43,410 bases of DNA from Asterionella formosa (taxonomy: Eukaryota), in the NCBI GenBank assembly GCA_002256025.1, contig NKIB01014439.1, forward strand, positions 1 to 43,410, written 5' to 3'. A program made the translations under genes and the position numbers. Below the pieces are notes generated by a model that worked only from the letters and a program-made list of their open reading frames with translations, was not told where the DNA came from and ran no database searches. Shown piece by piece: positions 12,201-21,460 of the stretch; the first letter of the stretch is position 1; the number at the start of each line of letters is the position of its first letter.

Positions 12201-12456
12201 TCACAGAATGAGATGGCGACCGCGAAATTTCGATAGGATCAGGAAATCTGTGAGCGTGCTCTGAGGTGCCATGAGCATTGTAGAATTTAAATCGATCTGA
12301 TGGCGGCGTCGGTGCTGCTGGCTGTTCAATTTTGGTGGAATGATGATTATTATTTCTCTCTTTGCTCGCAGCTAGATTAACCTCCTCGGGTCTGTAGAAG
12401 CTAAACCGATTCTTCCTGCTTTCTCCGTTCTCAAGTGCTTGATCTGATACCGTCAT
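9205..12456 (-). CDS. DYRK-family (DYRKP-like) protein kinase with long disordered N-terminus
   Basis: C-terminal CMGC kinase domain: TGFE...VAGQYLVENELGSAAFSTA, VCLKVIKN, FFDQSLDEIKIL, HSDIKPEN, IDFGSSC, SSYIQSRSYRAPE. Uninterrupted 1083-aa ORF. Confidence 0.92.
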   Translation of the reverse strand: MTVSDQALENGESRKNRFSFYRPEEVNLAASKERNNNHHSTKIEQPAAPTPPSDRFKFYNAHGTSEHAHRFPDPIEISRSPSHSVTLEGPLDATRTALAPEHPAMTPDEVNPRSPDNTEILRSLQETEDILNMPKQRSNERGPRISSNPTSNPYEDAIRDALDRLRAKDLSGDVVLRSRHSDVAAPVVDRNWENKMEEYMLKLKTQEQRPIIGASTVSTKTTLVAPMPTRIYRTGTDQLLQATSREASPDITRPLSRTMSAEHSVLSAVAQEEMQKGVERVLLAILERAKDDTNSDLANVLDDLLSVDSCSLRSQEFQREAPPSRRISQAQSDDDMSQKRSVVDDLLAEDELEIKSKETLRLPPSKISEAHLSQENAFSQRSLSKLTVDDDDSSPPAPYLQDSDEGLENVLGPMAVLGPLSKRAGGTTGVVLDLEPSPTCHGDDDVLSDTASSIIDSISLAVKEAETFVAYIASTVSQEGSKFESNSVTVAKKDKYTTEAEENEAEGEGGNDSNDSGLDHEANELMRSLCAHLLPYGVDKSTKHLSEIPPWDDSNPNEPGYRIIRLSKQQLKRVEAQFEFMVNGFKRESEKHFDGKKKMQFDVLADWNGVSDPNFERDLEEAEQLLDREEKRHEAVIKVTSLSQHSSGDSSDSTSKSGFSEGSVDQAESEGDEAVLNCHPDFPGVKTAGKGEMGDLEYFFLPIIYKSHVTGFEPTKDLHLEPGNVVAGQYLVENELGSAAFSTAYRCIDLNSDATGAGDYHEEVCLKVIKNTKDFFDQSLDEIKILELLRQTGKCQEKFIVEMKTFFYHREHLVIVTELLRQNLFEFGKFIIENDEEPYFTLKRLCYITKQCLLALEFVHSLGLVHSDIKPENILLSSYSRAMIKIIDFGSSCYLTDRQSSYIQSRSYRAPEVILGLPYNGKIDMWSLGCVVCEMFTGEVTFQNDSIVSMLSRIEAICGAFPRHMIAQGRQSGRFFTKSGLLYELVDNEEKKSSPILDDDEHGLFDVFQPKRTTMAARLGFDPDEAEQLPGPHLYEQALFVNFCKAMLIIDPDSRLSASEALEHPWILWGENLTEVDIKYPSA

Positions 12457-12836
12457 GGTCAGTGATGCTTCACGTTAATTCTGAGTGAAATGATGAAGTG
12501 CCGGTATGGAATCACCATCGCCCTGTTCGGCACGCTCTCTTTTTTGTTGTTGGTCCCAGGTAGTGGTATTCTTCGCTCGTTGACGTGTAGCTCCACCATG
12601 AACGGTGGGTTAATATCAAAGATTTAAACATATGCTTTTATTCGTATTTTTATACATATAAAAAAAAAGTTGTCGAAAGCACGCCAAAGGCGAGCATTTT
12701 TAGACTCGCTATGTGGCCTGTGCAGTTCGCAAAGACGTTATTTGTTCCTGTTTGAACATGATCTAGATTCGTCACCACAATGATATTGAACAAGCGGTTA
12801 GCTCCTTGTTCCGGTACCTGGTGCCTGGGAGTACTG

Positions 12837-12880
12837 GTACCAGGAGTACCAGGAGTACCAGGAGTACCAGGAGTACCTGG
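12837..12880. repeat. Tandem 9-mer (GTACCAGGA) x4 plus a partial copy
   Basis: Directly visible; no spacers between units. Confidence 0.95.
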
Positions 12881-13624
12881 TAGTATACCGGTTGTTAAGT
12901 ATCTACAGGTAGATTGCAGGGTGAAGGAATTGCATTGGCTGTGCGTTGATTTCATACTGACGACGCCTGTGATTTGATCCTGCCTGCCTGCACGATATGC
13001 AAGAGGGGGGGGGGTCGTTCTCCTCCTCGCCAGCCATTCGAGCACGTGCTTGCCCGCCTTTTTGAGGGAGCGAGGAGTGAGGAGGCAGGTCACATCATCA
13101 ACCATTCACTACTTTCATGGTACCAGGTACCACCTGGTGCTCCTGAGAAACTGGTATCACTCCTTGACAACAAGCAACCAGGACGCGAGAAAGAGCAACG
13201 TGTAGATGCCGGCATGTATCATGTATTTGTAGAGGACAGCCGACAACGACATCATCTGTTACCTCTCCACAACGGCACACGCACAGTGTCAGCATTTTGC
13301 ATTTTGCTTGGGATTCTTTCTACGACATCATAGAGGGTACACGGAATATATATTTACGATATTTGGATTTACCGGTATGATTCTCTTCAAATGACGATCC
13401 ATGAGGAGCGATTGTGTTCGTTGGATACTATTGCTGCACGTGCGTCCCAACCATTTATGCATACGTTCACACTGGGTAAATTGATCCGTTATTTTATTAG
13501 AAAATATATCACCGGTATTGCAATTCATAGCTACATAGTGCGTATCATCATGCAAGCAAGTCAGTTCGAGACTGAGTGAATAAGAGTGAATGATACTGTG
13601 ATACTAGTCCTTTATTTACTTGAC

Positions 13625-15376
13625 ATGATGAACGAACCCAACCCCACGACTCGTCCCATTCTGAGTTTGAAACGACACGGCAACAGTAAGCCGACACTAT
13701 CGACTACCGGTGCAACGTTTACTCGCCTTTTGCTATGGATGATGATGCTTCTATCGGGTGTCGTGATCCTTGGGGTAGTTTACCTCGGCTGGCAAATGGA
13801 CAAGGAAAGAATCGCAGGAGACAGCAGCACAAACGAACGACATAACCGCCATTACTCACCGCATAGCCTACAAGTTGATGTCGATGTCATGATATCAGAG
13901 CAAAATCAACAACATACGAGTTCAAGGTCAATGGAGAATAAGACGAACAAGAACTCTCCAAAGGAAGGAGATGCGACATTTGATCGAGGATGGATCAATA
14001 AAAAGGAAGATGCTACAGAAAAAGAACGTTATCATCCTCAGAAATATCAGTCATCCATACTGGTTCCCAAAGACTACAAGCTCCCTCTTGGATTTCAGCA
14101 CGTCCTACACCGCGCCCTCAAAAAGCAATCCTTTTGTCGTGACCTTGAACCAGTACTTTCATCAGTCGAAAACAACAGCAGCAACAACAATGCGATACCA
14201 GACTTGCCCAATCATGGCATCATCCAAGCTCTGGAAAACTACCGACCTCATACGCAACAAGAGGCCCAACTTTGGAACTGTCAACTCCCGCCCACAACAG
14301 AATGCAATGAAACTCAATTTACCGTTATTTTCTTAGGTTACAATCCTGAGCGCCTAGACATGTTTCGAAGACATGTATTTCAAATGACGAATCCGAAACC
14401 TTTGAAAGAGGCATGGAAAGGTCTAATTCGGGAAGTCATTCTAGTATGGAACGGACCAAGGGAATTGTATGAAACAGAAACTGGCAGAATCATTCAAGAA
14501 TGGGCGGACGATCCAATCAAACCGTTTCGTATTATCTATCCACTCAAAGATGGATTTACTAATGATTTAATGAATCGATATCACCCGAGGATGAACATCA
14601 CGACAAAGGCCATTTTGTTTTATGACGATGACGGCCCTTTTTACAAGGTAGCGGCAGTCACCTCAGGTTTTGAATTGTGGAAGCGTAACGCCAATGCACA
14701 AATTGGGGCCATGGCACGAGTCTTGAATGTACAAAACAGGCAATTAAAAGAAAAGGAGTCATATCCAAAGTATTCGGAACATGAGTGGATTGGACATTGT
14801 AGAGAAAAGGGAGATTCAGTACGGTACAACTTTAATTACTTTGCCAACTTTGGGGCCAACATGGTTTTGCCGAGTGGGTCTTTTTTGCACAGCAACTACT
14901 TGTGCTTTTTATGGCATCCCGCCTTGGAAGAAATCCGCGCGTTTGTGAGAGCACATCCAGTTCATCCTGATGATGTCACAGTGTCAACAATTGTTTCTCA
15001 CGTTAGTGGACGGGCACCAAAAGTATATAGTCGGCGACTCAATTTGACAGGATGGAATACAACGACGATAACAAAAAAGCGACGTTTGCAAGATGATCAT
15101 AGACGACTCCTTTGGAACGATGGTGACATTGGTATTTGGGCTCAGAAACGAGAATCGTCAGTCAATTCACTTTTGAGTTATTTTGGAAGTATCAACTCTG
15201 GTGCCAACGGGTGGTGCTACGGTACTCCCTATCATGTTCAAAATAAATTTGACGTGAATACCACAATGGGTCAAGATATCTGCGATCCTTGGATAGCGCA
15301 AGGAAACATGTTGCCATGGATGACAAATGACACAAGACCACTTGAACGTTGTCCAGAGTTGAGAGAAGTTCATTGA
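13625..15376 (+). CDS. Glycosyltransferase family 64 (EXTL2/EPC1-like), type II membrane protein
   Basis: N-terminal TM segment (LLLWMMMLLSGVVILGVVYLGW). GT64-like motifs: FTVIFLGY, EVILVWNG, DLMNRYHP, TKAILFYDDD, FELWKRN..AQIG, DDVTVS. The ATG at 13625 is preferred to the track's GTG at 13586. Confidence 0.82.
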   Translation: MMNEPNPTTRPILSLKRHGNSKPTLSTTGATFTRLLLWMMMLLSGVVILGVVYLGWQMDKERIAGDSSTNERHNRHYSPHSLQVDVDVMISEQNQQHTSSRSMENKTNKNSPKEGDATFDRGWINKKEDATEKERYHPQKYQSSILVPKDYKLPLGFQHVLHRALKKQSFCRDLEPVLSSVENNSSNNNAIPDLPNHGIIQALENYRPHTQQEAQLWNCQLPPTTECNETQFTVIFLGYNPERLDMFRRHVFQMTNPKPLKEAWKGLIREVILVWNGPRELYETETGRIIQEWADDPIKPFRIIYPLKDGFTNDLMNRYHPRMNITTKAILFYDDDGPFYKVAAVTSGFELWKRNANAQIGAMARVLNVQNRQLKEKESYPKYSEHEWIGHCREKGDSVRYNFNYFANFGANMVLPSGSFLHSNYLCFLWHPALEEIRAFVRAHPVHPDDVTVSTIVSHVSGRAPKVYSRRLNLTGWNTTTITKKRRLQDDHRRLLWNDGDIGIWAQKRESSVNSLLSYFGSINSGANGWCYGTPYHVQNKFDVNTTMGQDICDPWIAQGNMLPWMTNDTRPLERCPELREVH

Positions 15377-15439
15377 GTGATATGATATTTGCAAGTTAGA
15401 GGCAATACTGCCCCATGAATCCGATGTGATGCGCATGTA

Positions 15440-16681
15440 TCATTCATTTGTTTCCATCGAGATGGTTGTGCAAGTTTTAACCCGCTCACTTAATAATTCG
15501 CTTGCGAATTCATAGAGTTGATCGTCAAAGCGACAAATCTCGTCCAGTACAGCCTGTGCCTCCGCTGAATACACGGTCTCTCGGCGACTCACGTGAAATG
15601 TTCTTTCTCTTGGTATGGTCTCAAGCTGACTTAGACCTTCAAGGTAGGTTGGAAAGAGTTGTTCAAGCATCAGAAGCGACATGTTCATTCGCTCCACAAG
15701 GCCAGTAAAACTAATATCAGTTTTTATTCGATTCTTGGCAATCTCTAGTGATTTCTCAGTCACCTCTTTCTTGGCGCATACCTGACCACAAATCATTTCT
15801 ACTTGAATGTTGCACCATCGTTTGAGATTGTTTGTTTTGACGCACGTTTCGTTGAGCAGGCACTCCTGCAATGTATCATTACCAAAAACTGCCACAAAGT
15901 GATTCCTCCATTGTGAGCCTCTTGCATCATGTCGATCATAATAATACATGGATGCCAATCTATCCTGAGGTTTGCGTAGCATGGTAATGGTCTTAATCTT
16001 GTTAATCACAGCTTTTGGTGGGCGCTTTACGTTATACAACTCTTGAATGATGGTTGGAAGGAATCGATCCAAGAACGATGGTTTGACCAGCCAGCTCATT
16101 TCTAAACTCCAATTCAAAAAGTAGAAATGTCCCACAAACAACGTGCGATCTTGCTTTGTGAAAGGAGGGTTTAAAATCGTCCTAGCCGCCCTGCGGTAGA
16201 ATTTCCTCATGCGATCCGGAAATAGTTGTTCCATGTGATACCCAGCGGGCGTTGCTCCAGATTCAACCGGAATAGACGACACAATATCTTCCAACTCTCC
16301 CAAGTCCACCATCGAAGATGCTTTGGTTTCACTGAACAACTGAAACAACTTGAGAATTGTCGAACTAGCCGTCTTTGGTATTCGAAGAAACACCACTCGA
16401 TCTGTATCGATGGGACCGCACGTTGTGTTGCTACTCTGTACCTCACAAATGCCTTGACATGGGGCTCGTGGAACAATGCGTTGATAATATGTAAGCAGCG
16501 TCGTAGGATTCACAAATACTAGGATTGGAACGTAGAGAAATATCGCCAACAAATACCAATGGCGTTCCATCTTCCTTCTTGTGACAATTCTCGGCGCTGC
16601 TGGCAGATGGTTCCGATTGGAAGGGTCGCGTATGGCAGCGGCTACAGCTGGCTTTCTACGTCGTCTCAGTTCTGCTGACAT
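15440..16681 (-). CDS. Golgi-type carbohydrate sulfotransferase (HS2ST/uronyl 2-O-sulfotransferase-like)
   Basis: N-terminal TM (WYLLAIFLYVPILVFV), 5'-PSB loop VFLRIPKTASST, 3'-PB motif TMLRKPQDRLASMYYY, and the F-x-GLVE...SL.MLE and D..LYEFA motifs. Confidence 0.85.
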   Translation of the reverse strand: MSAELRRRRKPAVAAAIRDPSNRNHLPAAPRIVTRRKMERHWYLLAIFLYVPILVFVNPTTLLTYYQRIVPRAPCQGICEVQSSNTTCGPIDTDRVVFLRIPKTASSTILKLFQLFSETKASSMVDLGELEDIVSSIPVESGATPAGYHMEQLFPDRMRKFYRRAARTILNPPFTKQDRTLFVGHFYFLNWSLEMSWLVKPSFLDRFLPTIIQELYNVKRPPKAVINKIKTITMLRKPQDRLASMYYYDRHDARGSQWRNHFVAVFGNDTLQECLLNETCVKTNNLKRWCNIQVEMICGQVCAKKEVTEKSLEIAKNRIKTDISFTGLVERMNMSLLMLEQLFPTYLEGLSQLETIPRERTFHVSRRETVYSAEAQAVLDEICRFDDQLYEFASELLSERVKTCTTISMETNE

Positions 16682-17466
16682 GATGAAATAGGAGGAGTCT
16701 GTGGGAAAGTCACAAACACCCGTGTGGTTAGATTGGATTCAGGCCTTCGATGGTAATGGACAGGTTGGACCTACCGGTAGTATGTGTGTCATAAAACGAC
16801 AATACTTGATGCTATAATTTATTATACTCCGAGAAGGCTAGTCCACTTACCGTACCGGTATTTCGTCCATGATGATCATTGATCCTTCTTTTTATTCTTG
16901 TTGTGACCTGTCGGTGCCTATAACATGCGCAGGTGTACACATTTAAATAGACCGACAGGCTTATAGATACGGTAAACGACGGTTTTCGACTCGTGGAAAG
17001 CAGAGCTATGATATATTTCTCAAATACTATACATGCAGTACTACCGGTACACCTATGGAGCAGGACTCGGAGTATATTGCATCTGCTTCCTCCGCAACAC
17101 CTCTCTAGCTATGGGCCATGACGATCCATGGAGTGCAAAAGCGCCAGATCTTGAAAAGGGCTCTAGGATAACGAAGGCGCAGTGAAAATGATTTAATATG
17201 ATAGTTTATACAATGTATAACTATCTGTTTTCATGAAAGGCTTTTTATACCCTACATAGTTGTCTTTATTTATCCCTCTTCGAATCAGACCGACCAAAAG
17301 CTGCATCATACTTTTATTACCGGGTACATTTAGTACCTTTGGAGACGTCTGGTCTAAATTTCTCAATTAATAATGAAGGGAACTTGTAACTTGTTCCAAA
17401 ACATAGCAAATGGTGTAGAACTAGCAGTAAGATATAGAATAAATCTTCAACAGTGTCAAAAAATCA

Positions 17467-19104
17467 CTAGTAGCAAAAGGTAGCAGCCGCTGCAGCCAGA
17501 GCAAAATATACCTTGCCAAAACTCCCAGCAGCACTGGTACGTGTAGAAGCTGCTACCTTGGCTGCAGTTGGAATAGGTGAAGAGGATGAAGAAATGGGGG
17601 CAGTTGTCACTGAAGCACCCGATGCTACCGGAGCACCCGATGTTACTGGAGCAACCGATGCTACTGGAGCACCCGATGCTACTGGGGCAGTTGAAGGTGG
17701 AGACGAAGGAAGAATATTGATTCCACTGGGGGCATTCGTCGCAACAGCGACTGGATGTTCCACGGCAATAGCATTTGGAAGTTCCACAATGACACTGGAT
17801 GGAGCAGGAGCAATGGCATTTGGAAGTTCCACAACGACACTAGTTGGAACGGTCGGAGCAACGGCGTTTGGAAATTCAGCAGAAATACTAGTTGGTATTC
17901 CTGTCAATGAAGGAAAGAGAGGGGCAATGATGGGTGCTTGCGCCGCGGGTATACTCACTGGTGTAGCTGTAGTCGCTACAAAGGTGGGAGAGCCAGTCAT
18001 TCCCGTGACAGGTGCACTCGTCATAGTGGCTCCAACTGGAGGTTGCGTGATAGTGGTTATAGGAGCAGTCATCGTGGGCGATTGTGAAGGGGCCGAGGCG
18101 AATATTATGGGGGCGCTAGTCATGATTGTTGGCGAAACCGTAGTCATGACAGGAACATTGATCAGGGGAGCAACAGTAGGTGAATTCGTTCGCGGAGCAA
18201 CAGTTGGTGAATTTGTCACTGGAGTAAAAACTGGAGCATTCGCTGTGGGTGAAGGGGCTGGTGGATTTGTAAAAGAATCCGCAACGCAACAAATGTCAGC
18301 GAAGCTTGACTGATACAAATCACAAGTCGTGCCGGGTACGTTCGCTTCAAACTCAAGTTGTCCACAATTGACATCTCCTTTATCAGCACCATTTCCTGTA
18401 ATGGCAACAATGGAAGGATCCGGCAACAAATTTGTCGAACCACAGATTCGACAAGCGCTGCTTTCATCGTTGTTGCATCCACAATAGGTACCACCTGAGA
18501 CTTGCATGGCAGCACATTGATCCGATGGGAGCGATTCTGAGGAAGCTTCAAGAGCAGCGCATGTTTCCGTGACGCCAATGGATACCAATTGATTCGGGTT
18601 CGGTAAGGTTCCGCTTTGACAAAGCGTGCATCCCGCACCAGGACACCCGCAGGTGGTTGGAACTTCCGATTCAACAATGGCACGGCAATCGAGGTAGCTC
18701 AACGTGGGAAGGAGCTGCGCCATTTGGCTGCATGTTAGCTGCTGTGAATCCTGAACTGGGAGGACCAAGTCAGGAAAGGAAGGAGACAAATTGTTCGGGC
18801 AAAGGCTACATGTCTGTCTAGCGGCACAGCCACACGAAGCTACAGCCAGCGCCTGATACGTAGGGCAATCCCCTTCAGTCACTCCCCCGCCCAAGGCAAG
18901 CACCTCCATGAAACCGCAACTGATGGGATTGACACCGGGAGGCTGCACTTCAACGTCCAACAATGACACCGCCTGTGTTTCATTTCCACATAAGTAGCAA
19001 ACGACGGGAACCGTAAGCGGCGAAGATGTTGGTGCCACGGTGGTACTAGCGACAGAGATCAGCGAGATGAGGAGAAGCGAACGGAACATGTTTTTCTTCT
19101 GCAT
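17467..19104 (-). CDS. Secreted or cell-surface protein: signal peptide, 4 Cys-rich repeats, Pro/Thr/Ser/Ala mucin-like stalk, GPI-like C-terminus
   Basis: Hydrophobic N-terminus (MFRSLLLISLISVAS) and four ~55-60-aa units of C-x-x-C...P...(T/S/N)C...C...CGC. About 250 aa of P/T/S/A-rich sequence follows, ending in small residues plus a hydrophobic tail (SAAGSFGKVYFALAAAAATFCY). Confidence 0.8.
   Translation of the reverse strand: MQKKNMFRSLLLISLISVASTTVAPTSSPLTVPVVCYLCGNETQAVSLLDVEVQPPGVNPISCGFMEVLALGGGVTEGDCPTYQALAVASCGCAARQTCSLCPNNLSPSFPDLVLPVQDSQQLTCSQMAQLLPTLSYLDCRAIVESEVPTTCGCPGAGCTLCQSGTLPNPNQLVSIGVTETCAALEASSESLPSDQCAAMQVSGGTYCGCNNDESSACRICGSTNLLPDPSIVAITGNGADKGDVNCGQLEFEANVPGTTCDLYQSSFADICCVADSFTNPPAPSPTANAPVFTPVTNSPTVAPRTNSPTVAPLINVPVMTTVSPTIMTSAPIIFASAPSQSPTMTAPITTITQPPVGATMTSAPVTGMTGSPTFVATTATPVSIPAAQAPIIAPLFPSLTGIPTSISAEFPNAVAPTVPTSVVVELPNAIAPAPSSVIVELPNAIAVEHPVAVATNAPSGINILPSSPPSTAPVASGAPVASVAPVTSGAPVASGASVTTAPISSSSSPIPTAAKVAASTRTSAAGSFGKVYFALAAAAATFCY
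17611..17685. repeat. Coding 18-bp tandem repeat x4 (encodes APVASG-like units)
   Basis: ggagcacccgatgctact-like units repeated within the mucin-like stalk. Confidence 0.85.
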
Positions 19105-20501
19105 TATGCCAGGGTTTTCCAGAGAAATCTTCGTATATGAAAAATGAGAAGTGGATATGCCCCCACCGTTTGGTCGCCCAAAAAGGTGGAATTTTGAATC
19201 GTTTATTTATGCGCTCGTGATTCGCTCCTCCCGTGGTCCGACAACGCGTTGCTGAGCTGGCTCTCACGATCATGGCGAGCTAGCATCGACACATCATGGG
19301 GAAGAACACGAACCAACTATGGTGATAACGCTAGCTGTGCCAACACGTTAACTGTCCGTTGTTTCGCCATATTTGTCAATGCACGAATGTCTCGGCTCGG
19401 AGTATATTCTGTACCATCTGTGACCCTTCCTACTTCAATAAATGACCATATTCGCAAAGACTTTTCTACATACCTGTATATAGTAAATAAGCATCATTCC
19501 NNNNNNNNNNNNNNNNNNNNNNNNNNNNNNNNNNNNNNNNNNNNNNNNNNNNNNNNNNNNNNNNNNNNNNNNNNNNNNNNNNNNNNNNNNNNNNNNNNNN
19601 NNNNNNNNNNNNNNNNNNNNNNNNNNNNNNNNCATCATTCCTACATAGCATAGCTACTCCACTCTCTCCTTTTTGACGTCGTCTCATCGTTCTTAGCAGC
19701 AAGTGTTAGGCGAGCACATACCGGTAATTTGTGTACTCTGAGTGCTAGAAAGCCATAAGTATCATGCCATTTCATTTCAATTTATGGGAAATACCCCTAT
19801 GAATTTACGAATGTGTGTAACTATGTAGACATGAATAGAGAAGTATTGACCACAACAAAAAATGAGAATGATGAGGAGCTAGTATATTCCATAACAACTA
19901 GGGTTGACTTTGATTACTACAGCTAGCCTCCAGAAAAATAAATGTTATTAGCTAGTACATGGGTGGTGATCCTCATCAAGCATCCTTATTTGCAACAAAG
20001 CAAGGCAGCACCTCAAGGGGTAGTTGGGCAGTTGCTTCTTAATCTGCTCGTCCCTTTTATATAGGAGCAGCTTCCAGTTCACCTTGCAAAGGAGAAGGGT
20101 CAATGTTGTTGGAGAAATTATTTTAGGAACAAGGCGACATATTGATATGGAATTTACATACCCCATGTATAAATTGAATTAAATGAATCAAAAAGGATAC
20201 CAAGATCAGAATTAAAAAACAATCAGCACCACAAATAAAACTCATGATTAAGTTAAATCTTTTAGGAACAATTACAATCAACCATTGTACATATCATCTA
20301 CATCCTGCCTATTTTGGTCCCTGGCATATCTTCAAGAGATACAGATAGAAATAGAAGGCTTTAGGACGCAATCTCAACAGATTTATAGAATTATCTTTCC
20401 AGGAAGCGCCGTAAAACAAGAAACAACATTGGGTGGACTGTGGAGAGTTCAAGACAAGAATTGAGTGTACCAGACTATTCAAAGTATGAAGAAGTCGTCA
20501 A

Positions 20502-21460
20502 GTGGTGCAAAATGAGTGGCAAACAAGGAAGGTTTACCAAGACGGCTCTTTTAAAGGCAAGTTTCAAGCAAAGGGAGGAAGAAATAATGCATGTAATACC
20601 AGCCAGAAGTCTATTAATGACTACAAATACTATCTCGGATCGGCGAAAGAGGCATCTGACTACTATCAAACCACTTCAGAGTACTTGATTAACTATGTCA
20701 AGAAAGTTCGACAACAAGAATGGCAACGACAAAGGAACCACGCTCGAGTTACTGGAACGAACGATTACATTGACATGGAAGCCAAGAATGCAGCTGATCT
20801 CTGCAACTACGACCGATGAATAAGATTGCGCTGCAGATAATCGCAAATATGATATCGAATTTAAGGCCGATTATGACGACGCATGCTACAGCAAGAGGGT
20901 GCTGACCTATAAAAAAATAATACTAAGGAAAATGCTGTGATCTGGGAGTGAGTCAACAAGGCTATGAAAAATAAGATTGAAGCGAGATTCGATTGGGGGT
21001 TTTATGTGGCCCAAGACGCATGTGCTCAAGTCCCACATAAGAGGAACTATAATCAAAAAAACAAAGTTTGCTTGTCGAAACCGTGGATGGGTATGTCAAA
21101 ACTGATACGAAACTGCAAGAAAAAATTCTTCAATAGGCTTTCAGCCAATTCCTGGCCTACTTATACTTTCTTGACAATGCGTATAAGGACAAATACGAAT
21201 CAATTAGGACCAGACTTAATACTCAACAGTCGTTTGGCAATGATCAATACTCGAAGAGTATTACCAAGAAGTCAAACAATGTTCTCAGAAATCATAGATT
21301 CTACGTTCTCAGCTATCATAAAAGATTCGATGTCACAAATAAGGCTAGCGGTCGTAAGAATCCAGGGGCTCATAATAGAAATAGGGATCAAAAGGTTACA
21401 GGGAACAAGGAAAAGGTAGATGTGAAATTTTAGTTCGCACAACTAGAAGGAAAATGTTAG
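20502..21460 (+). mobile_element. Decayed Ty1/Copia (diatom CoDi-like) gag relic
   Basis: Fragments across frames: YYLGSAKEASDYYQTTSEYLINYVKK, AMKNKIEAR, YLYFLDNAYKDKYESIRTRLNTQQSFGNDQYSKSIT...NNVLRNHRF, FAQLEGKC*. These match my recollection of diatom Copia gag. Many stops and frameshifts; no pol or LTR pair was found. Confidence 0.7.

Noticed and set aside
12837..12880. Possible CRISPR-like array
   Set aside because: The 9-bp units are directly abutting with no spacers, there are no cas genes, and the context is eukaryotic.
12650..13105. ORFs with PGTPGT/VPGVPG repeats (also 27426-27707, 31307-31534, 35108-35296)
   Set aside because: They are translations of the non-coding GGTACC/CCWGG palindrome clusters and are open on both strands.
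13586..13624. GTG start given by the ORF track for GT64 (similar non-ATG starts elsewhere)
   Set aside because: This is a eukaryotic nuclear gene, so the downstream ATG or splice-joined exons explain these ORFs.
17513..18313. 266-aa plus-strand Gly/Ala/Val-rich ORF
   Set aside because: Antisense shadow of the Pro/Thr-rich mucin stalk.
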